DNA from: Promethearchaeota archaeon | Lineage (GTDB): Archaea; Asgardarchaeota; Odinarchaeia; Odinarchaeales; JBHLKK01 | Reading direction: 5' to 3' | NCBI GenBank assembly: GCA_048939465.1 | Contig: JBHLPL010000097.1 | Location: forward strand, 1-7,385 | Length of the DNA: 7,385 bases | Shown: positions 1 to 5,080 of the stretch, piece by piece | Numbering within the stretch: the stretch's first letter is position 1 | How the letters are laid out: every line of letters begins with the position of its first letter | Program-made: the position numbers and the translations under genes | Notes under the pieces: model-generated | Database searches by the model: none | What the model saw: only the letters and a program-made list of their open reading frames with translations | Told to the model about the DNA's origin: nothing

Positions 1-1
1 G

Positions 2-502
2 AATCAGAAAACCGTGTTTTTTACCGTCAGGGGCAAGAAAATCGGCTACTGCCGTCACTGCGATTATTGTATAAAGAACAAAGAATGCGCGCTTAAGGAC
101 GATATGTATGAGCTCTATTCCTTGCTAGAGAACTCCAAAGGGATAGTAATCGCTACACCAGTATATAATGGAGGAGTCAGTGCACAGACCAAAGCAGTAA
201 TGGATCGGTGCAGAGCCTTGGTCGCTGCAGACACCGGGTTTTTTAGATACAAAGCTGGCATGGCAATTGCAGTTGGTGGGGACAGAGTGGGTGGACAGGA
301 ACTTGCAATACAGCAGATTATAACATTCTATGTTCTGAACGGAGCAGTCCCGATAAGCGGTGGCTTCTTCGGTTCAAACTTGGGAGCAACTTTTTGGTCA
401 AAGGATACTTTAGAAGGTGTCAAGGAAGACAAGGAAGGTTTTAGGAGCCTGAAAAAGACTGTAAAGAAATTCGCCAAGTTCCTGGGTAGGTTCAGTATTT
501 AG
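2..502 (+). CDS. Iron-sulfur flavoprotein (Isf)/NADPH-dependent FMN reductase family, flavodoxin fold; 5'-truncated by the window edge
   Basis: The frame is open from base 2 (NQKT-VFFTVRGKKIGY), so the GTG at 14 is probably not the true start. It has the compact Cys motif CRHCDYCIKNKEC (CX2CX2CX5C) followed by LKDD, the FMN-binding IATPVYNGGVSAQTKAVMDR and AIAVGGDRVGGQE, all typical of Isf-like proteins. Confidence 0.9.
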   Translation, partial: NQKTVFFTVRGKKIGYCRHCDYCIKNKECALKDDMYELYSLLENSKGIVIATPVYNGGVSAQTKAVMDRCRALVAADTGFFRYKAGMAIAVGGDRVGGQELAIQQIITFYVLNGAVPISGGFFGSNLGATFWSKDTLEGVKEDKEGFRSLKKTVKKFAKFLGRFSI

Positions 503-535
503 GTTCGGAAGCGAGAGGTCAAGAATTGCCGAGAG

Positions 536-1120
536 ATGATTGTTGTGAAAGAAGAAAGGAAGAAAAAAAGGAAGGTTGCCTGGGGGATCTCGGGAAGTGG
601 TGATCTATTAGCTGAAATCGTTGAGATTATGAAAGAAATCAAAAGGGAGTATGATACTGAAGTAGATATTAGGCTATATCTCTCCAAGGCTGCAGACAAA
701 GTAGTTAAATGGTATAAATTGGGAAATGTCCTAAAGGAGAGTTTTGACAGAGTCTTTGTTGAAGTAGATTCAAATTCACCGTTCTTGGCGGGCGAATTAC
801 AGTTAGGAAAATACGAATTCTTACTGATAGCTCCTGCGACATCAACTACTGTCGCAAAGATTTCATTGGGAATAGGAGATACCCTGCTTACCAACTCAGC
901 AATTATGGCCTTGAAAGCGTTCATTCCTGTTTACATAAAACCCTCTGATTATAAGGAAGGAACAATGGTTACTCAACTCCCTAAAGGAAAAGAACTGAAG
1001 ATCAGGATTAGGAAGGAAGATGTGGAACACGTAGACAGGTTGAGAGTAATGGACGGCGTTCACGTGCTAGAGGAGCCCAAAGAGATTCGTGAGGTTTTCA
1101 GAAAGCATTTCAGGCTATAG
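536..1120 (+). CDS. afpA: Archaeoflavoprotein AfpA (HFCD-fold flavoprotein; DmrX/DmrB-related, no ferredoxin domain)
   Basis: Motifs KVAWGISGSG, LYLSKAADKVVKWYKL, VEVDSNSPFLAGELQLGKYEFLLIAPATSTTVAKISLGIGDTLLTNS and PVYIKPSD match the AfpA family as I recall it. The protein has no Cys, so no Fe-S domain. Confidence 0.85.
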   Translation: MIVVKEERKKKRKVAWGISGSGDLLAEIVEIMKEIKREYDTEVDIRLYLSKAADKVVKWYKLGNVLKESFDRVFVEVDSNSPFLAGELQLGKYEFLLIAPATSTTVAKISLGIGDTLLTNSAIMALKAFIPVYIKPSDYKEGTMVTQLPKGKELKIRIRKEDVEHVDRLRVMDGVHVLEEPKEIREVFRKHFRL

Positions 1121-1196
1121 GGAAAGGCGAGACATTCCTGAAGACTCTGATTGCAATATCTGTCTGAAGAATGATTCCGAATTAAGAAGACAATAG

Positions 1197-1204
1197 TTAT
1201 AAAT
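1197..1204 (+). promoter_or_regulatory. Putative archaeal TATA box for the ferritin-like gene
   Basis: TTATAAAT preceded by purine-rich AAGAAGACAATAG, about 35-50 nt upstream of the candidate starts. Confidence 0.55.
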
Positions 1205-1240
1205 GCTAACTCTTAAAAACTCATTAATCCAAGATGTTCA

Positions 1241-1735
1241 GTGGTGATCTTATTGACTCAAGAGAAGAAGGAAATTCTAGGTTTTCTAAAAGAGCAAATC
1301 AAACTGGAGGGGAGGATTGTCAAGATAGCCGAAAAAACAGTAAGTAAGACGGAAAATGTATTAGTAAGAGAGATGATAAGAGGCATAGCGTTAGACTCCA
1401 GGAAACACGCAAACCTGATAACTGCGATGATTGGGATCTTACTGAGCAAAACTCCATTTTTGAGCGTTAAGGAGAGGAAGGATATAGGGGAGGGCATCAA
1501 AGAGCACATCAAGCTTGAGGAGAAGGCTATAGAAACCTATACAGATTTGCTGAAACAAGTTGAGAATGAATATATGAGGCTACTTCTTAAATATCTAATA
1601 GCTGATGAACACAGACATCACGAGTTGCTGACAAGAATAGACAAGGAGATAGTAGAGGCTGAGACCTTCACTGATGAAGATGTCTGGGATATAATGTGGA
1701 AGGACTCGGTCTTTCACGGTTCACCTGGTGGATGA
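1241..1735 (+). CDS. Ferritin-like/rubrerythrin-family four-helix-bundle protein (true start may be TTG at 1253)
   Basis: Two tandem helix pairs carry E23...D52-S-R-K-H56 and E93...D122-E-H-R-H126. An SD-like GGTGAT at 1243-1248 lies just before the in-frame TTG at 1253. Confidence 0.8.
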   Translation: MVILLTQEKKEILGFLKEQIKLEGRIVKIAEKTVSKTENVLVREMIRGIALDSRKHANLITAMIGILLSKTPFLSVKERKDIGEGIKEHIKLEEKAIETYTDLLKQVENEYMRLLLKYLIADEHRHHELLTRIDKEIVEAETFTDEDVWDIMWKDSVFHGSPGG

Positions 1736-1874
1736 AGAAAAAACAGGCAACTTCATTTGGATATGTATCCCCCACGCCAGCAAGAATGCGGGCTGAGATG
1801 GCTATTTAACATCACCCCAGAATGATTTTTGCTGCAATGTTGAAAGTCTCGTTCTACGAACTCAACACCAAATA

Positions 1875-2573
1875 CTATATTGGCAAGATCCTAGTTTCAA
1901 AGATAGAAAAGATCACGAAGTCCAGGCCAAAGATGACCAGGGCTATGCCAATTACTGTGAGCAGAACTTGATATCCTCGAGTCTTCATGATCTCGTATCC
2001 TTTCTTAGAGAAATAGGATATTGCTGACAGAAACGCATAATCCATCCAGACATGAGCCAAATACATGATGACTACACCCAGGAATCCTGCGTAAGAGAAG
2101 GCCTGTATGGCTAGTGATCCCCCGACAAAAAGCCACCATATAACAAAATAGGGATTCAGACCCGAAAGTACAATGCCAACAACAGTTGGTGATTTTAGGA
2201 TTTTGTCAGAGGATTCTCCGTCATTCGAGCCACCTCTAGAGTCTGCTGTTATCTCTTTGTCTTTGCTATTCTTCCTCTTATCAAGACCGAGGGCATCTTT
2301 TGCCGTGAAGAATCCCAAGAATACGAGTATGATACCGCCTATAAGACCTATGACCTTACTAATCAGCGGATCAATGAGGGCGGTTGCAATTCCTAAAGCT
2401 ATCAGGACGACGTAGGGGAATTCTACGATTGTGTGGCCAATGCTGACCAACACTCCCCCCCATACTCCCCTCTTCGAGCCTATCATTATGGTTGAGGCAG
2501 TCAAAGGCCCGGGAGACAACGCTCCAGAAGAAGTCACTACCATGATTTTGAGGATGAAGTCGAGGGGGAGCAT
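1875..2573 (-). CDS. LysE/RhtB-family amino-acid exporter
   Basis: N-terminal SSGALSPGP motif, GHTIVEFP and NPYFVIWW motifs, about six hydrophobic segments and a charged central loop. Confidence 0.88.
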   Translation of the reverse strand: MLPLDFILKIMVVTSSGALSPGPLTASTIMIGSKRGVWGGVLVSIGHTIVEFPYVVLIALGIATALIDPLISKVIGLIGGIILVFLGFFTAKDALGLDKRKNSKDKEITADSRGGSNDGESSDKILKSPTVVGIVLSGLNPYFVIWWLFVGGSLAIQAFSYAGFLGVVIMYLAHVWMDYAFLSAISYFSKKGYEIMKTRGYQVLLTVIGIALVIFGLDFVIFSIFETRILPI

Positions 2574-2575
2574 GA

Positions 2576-2609
2576 ATTAAAGTTGACAGGGAGAACTTTT
2601 AACTTTAAT
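2576..2609. promoter_or_regulatory. Perfect 9-bp inverted repeat (putative operator) overlapping the LysE promoter
   Basis: ATTAAAGTT (2576-2584), 16-bp spacer, AACTTTAAT (2601-2609). It starts 3 bp upstream of the LysE ATG and overlaps a TTAAAA TATA-like element on the minus strand (2597-2602). Confidence 0.5.
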
Positions 2610-2917
2610 GGTGGATTGATTGCAGCTTATGATTAGAAATTGTGGGTTCTTGAGCATCAACAGAAGGACAAATGTACCAGATAACTCCTAATACTATCGA
2701 TCAATAGGCAAGACGAGAAATTCTCTCTTCCTATTCTGCAACGGCCCAATACCTCTGTCTCTGAAGACTGAAATCCTTATAGATTAGTAACGGTACTAAG
2801 GTAGGAACAACAAGCCCGAACCTTGAAGGCATTCAAAACCGAAGATTCCCCAAAACCAAGCTCGCGGATCATCTATGTTAAACAGAATAACTTCAAAATC
2901 CGCTCACGTAACGGGGG

Positions 2918-3817
2918 TTGATCGCTCTGGAGGGAAGTGAATCACTTCAAGAGAAGAGCAAAGCATATTATGTATGGAACACCGTTCTGGCAAGTTTGAT
3001 ATGGGGACCGAGTTTTATCGTCAACAAGATCGGGCTTGAGTACGTGGATGCATTCAACTTCTCATTCCTGCGTTTCCTGATTGCTTCTATTACAATCATA
3101 CCCGTAGCCTTTTCCTTGGGGAGAATTCGATTATCGTTGTTTAAGAATAAGCTGATCTGGTTAGTCGGAGCCTTTAATGCAGCAGGCTTCCTGTTTCAGT
3201 ACCTCGGCATGACGTATACTACAGCTTCGAAGTCCTCACTCTTGGTAAACTCGAGTGTCATAATTGTTGCTATCCTAAGCTTCTTGATCTTCAAGGAGAA
3301 GTTTTCAAATCAGAAGAAGCTCGGCGTCTTTGCTGGTTTCTTAGGTTCTGCACTACTTGCAACGGGAGGAAATCTGACTGGCTTGATGAGTGGTGAACTC
3401 ACTGGGGATATTTTGGTATTTCTTGCAGGGGTCTTCTGGGCCTTTTTCATGGTATCCAACAAGAAAATGGTTTCGGAGGAAACAGACTTGACGGAAATGA
3501 CAGTTTGTGTCATGATCATAACAGCGATAGTCCAACTTCCATTTCCATTCATATTTGGAACCACAAATATAATGACCATGACGTGGCAAGGATGGGGTGC
3601 CATAGTCTTCACCGGGGTCTTTTGTTCAACAGTAACTTACTTCCTTTGGAGTGAAGGGCTAAAGGGTATAACAGTGACTACTTCAGCAATTACTCTTCTT
3701 CTTGAGATCGTGTGGGCCATGATTCTCGCATTTACCCTGTTAGGTGAAGGATTTACAGTAGTAGGAAGTATAGGGGCCATTCTTATAATGGCATCAATAT
3801 TTCTGGCCTCAAAATAA
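2918..3817 (+). CDS. EamA/DMT-family transporter (two EamA repeats); exact start uncertain
   Basis: IWGPSFIVNKIGL...FLRFLIA, YLGMTYTTASKSSLLVNSSVIIVAILSFLIFKEKF, and in the second repeat W..GLKGITVTTSAITLLLEIVWAMILAFTLLGE; about ten TM segments. Confidence 0.92.
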   Translation: MIALEGSESLQEKSKAYYVWNTVLASLIWGPSFIVNKIGLEYVDAFNFSFLRFLIASITIIPVAFSLGRIRLSLFKNKLIWLVGAFNAAGFLFQYLGMTYTTASKSSLLVNSSVIIVAILSFLIFKEKFSNQKKLGVFAGFLGSALLATGGNLTGLMSGELTGDILVFLAGVFWAFFMVSNKKMVSEETDLTEMTVCVMIITAIVQLPFPFIFGTTNIMTMTWQGWGAIVFTGVFCSTVTYFLWSEGLKGITVTTSAITLLLEIVWAMILAFTLLGEGFTVVGSIGAILIMASIFLASK

Positions 3818-3828
3818 GAAGGCAATTC

Positions 3829-3855
3829 GTAACCTGTCCGAGGAGGAGGGGTTAC
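3829..3855. terminator. Stem-loop between the convergent EamA and ATP-grasp genes (possible bidirectional terminator or stabilising hairpin)
   Basis: GTAACC (3829-3834) pairs with GGTTAC (3850-3855), extended by an inner TCC/GGA stem around a GAGGA loop. It lies in the 58-bp gap between the two stop codons. No long U-tract follows. Confidence 0.4.
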
Positions 3856-3875
3856 ATCCAGCAATTATCTTCAGG

Positions 3876-4742
3876 TCAGTATTTCTCTAGGTGGTTAACA
3901 ATCATCCTCGCTATATTCTCTTTTGGACCCTTGAATCCGAACAGAGCATTGATTTCTAGAAAATAGAGTTCTTGCTCGGTAGATGGTAATGTATCAATAG
4001 CAAACATCTCAAGTGAGAAAATCTCTTTGGCTTTGAGGGCCAGCTCTTTTGACTGCTTGGCGTATTCTTCGACTTTCGTATCAATCTCCTTTGCTCTCCC
4101 TACGGTTAAAGGGACAGCTCCCTGATAGAGGTTATGTCTGAACGCTTCTGGATTGTATCTGACATATTGGGAGGCGATGTCCTCTCCTATTACCAACGTT
4201 CTGATATCGTAGCCAGGATTCGATATGAATTTCTGCAGGTACAAAATGCCGTGCTCCTTATGCAATAATTTGAGGTTTTCTTCTTCATTCTCCTGGATCA
4301 ATTCTATCCCTATCCCTCTTCCGCCAATTATTGGCTTGAAAACGACCGTCTCACTCCTTTTGAGAAATCTTAAGGCAACATCTAGATTAAGAGTAGTAAT
4401 TGTCTCTGGCATCTTGACGTGATGGGCCAGGTGCCTCTTCCATAGCAGATACGTACTCAGCTTATCACATTTAGACAGGGCTTTGGACGACGGAATTGTC
4501 GCACAATTCTGCCTCTCTAGCTCCTCCATCACAGATAGCATGTAGGGAACATATAATCTCCTTAACCCTGGAGGCGGTGCTCTGAAAAGGCACAGTCTGG
4601 GTATTTCCTCAAAAGGCAGGATTACGTCGTTCCAACCAAGGAATCTGTAGTCAATTCTTGATCTATTCAATTCTTGAAGAATTCTTTGGGTTTCGTAAGT
4701 GGTTTCTACTCCTATTATCCATATCAAGATGCATTCTTCCAT
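3876..4742 (-). CDS. RimK/LysX/MptN/CofF-family ATP-grasp ligase, substrate unknown
   Basis: Motifs CDKLSTY, MPETI, VVFKPIIGGRGIGI, YLQKFI...DIRTLVIG, R....FRHNLYQGA, AIDTL and LEIN form the ATP-grasp signature set of the RimK family. Confidence 0.88.
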   Translation of the reverse strand: MEECILIWIIGVETTYETQRILQELNRSRIDYRFLGWNDVILPFEEIPRLCLFRAPPPGLRRLYVPYMLSVMEELERQNCATIPSSKALSKCDKLSTYLLWKRHLAHHVKMPETITTLNLDVALRFLKRSETVVFKPIIGGRGIGIELIQENEEENLKLLHKEHGILYLQKFISNPGYDIRTLVIGEDIASQYVRYNPEAFRHNLYQGAVPLTVGRAKEIDTKVEEYAKQSKELALKAKEIFSLEMFAIDTLPSTEQELYFLEINALFGFKGPKENIARMIVNHLEKY

Positions 4743-4828
4743 ATCAGGCTCGTATTACGTAGATAAGGTAAGGTTCTCTAATTAAGGCTTGTTTTCTCTA
4801 ATCCTGAAGATATCGAGTAGGTGGAAGA

Positions 4829-5044
4829 ATGAAAAACACCAAGGACGTTCGATTCTCGACGGTTTGGAACATATGTTCTAAGAATTCCGCAGGACGTTCT
4901 GAATTTCATAGGAAGCAGGTACCGCTCTTTGGGCTCCGGATTACGCTCGTCCGGATGATTGTTGGCCACAAAAAGCAACATTTTTTAGTCAGAGAATTAT
5001 TGTGGAACCTGCGAGACTTAACTCGTCCTTGTGGGACGTTCTGA
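4829..5044 (+). CDS. Doubtful 71-aa hypothetical ORF upstream of the RtcB-like gene
   Basis: ATG start with SD-like AGGTGG at 4819-4824, in the same orientation as the RtcB-like gene and ending 36 bp before it. No recognisable motif, and the DNA is rich in palindromes and repeats. Confidence 0.2.
   Translation: MKNTKDVRFSTVWNICSKNSAGRSEFHRKQVPLFGLRITLVRMIVGHKKQHFLVRELLWNLRDLTRPCGTF
4842..5044 (+). repeat. Three dispersed direct copies of GGACGTTC
   Basis: Copies at 4843-4850, 4892-4899 and 5034-5041. Copies 1 and 2 share AGGACGTTC; copies 2 and 3 share GGACGTTCTGA (11 bp). Confidence 0.55.
4867..4878. promoter_or_regulatory. Perfect 12-bp palindrome GAACATATGTTC (putative operator)
   Basis: Directly visible GAAC-ATAT-GTTC in the divergent spacer between the ATP-grasp and RtcB-like genes. 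Confidence 0.4.
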
Positions 5045-5080
5045 GACTGTCTTCAAATAGCCTTTACAGGGGGCGTATGG

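Noticed and set aside
1732-1809. 25-aa ORF (MKKKQATSFGYVSPTPARMRAEMAI) overlapping the ferritin stop as ATGA
   Set aside because: Very short with no properly spaced SD; ATGA overlaps arise easily by chance.
2788-2804. TAACGGTACTAAGGTAG matches the bacterial 23S rRNA/I-CeuI site core TAACGGTCCTAAGGTAG at 16/17
   Set aside because: The flanks do not continue the rRNA match, the archaeal 23S sequence differs here, and one such hit against a whole rRNA operon is plausible by chance.
4843-4860. GTTCGATTC, resembling a tRNA T-loop
   Set aside because: The flanking bases do not form a T-stem, and no acceptor, D or anticodon arms can be built.
4778-4981. 67-aa minus-strand ORF upstream of the ATP-grasp gene
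   Set aside because: No SD, no motif, and it overlaps the likely ATP-grasp promoter and the plus-strand 71-aa ORF.
4829-5044. Possible C/D-box sRNAs (CTGA at 4899-4902 and 5041-5044; ATGA-like boxes at 4829 and 4954)
   Set aside because: The C boxes are poor, the lengths exceed typical archaeal C/D guides, there is no clear internal C'/D' pair, and I could not identify an rRNA target.
4842-5044. GGACGTTC repeats as a degenerate CRISPR array
   Set aside because: The repeats are only 8-11 bp with irregular spacing (49 and 142 bp), and there are no cas genes in the window.
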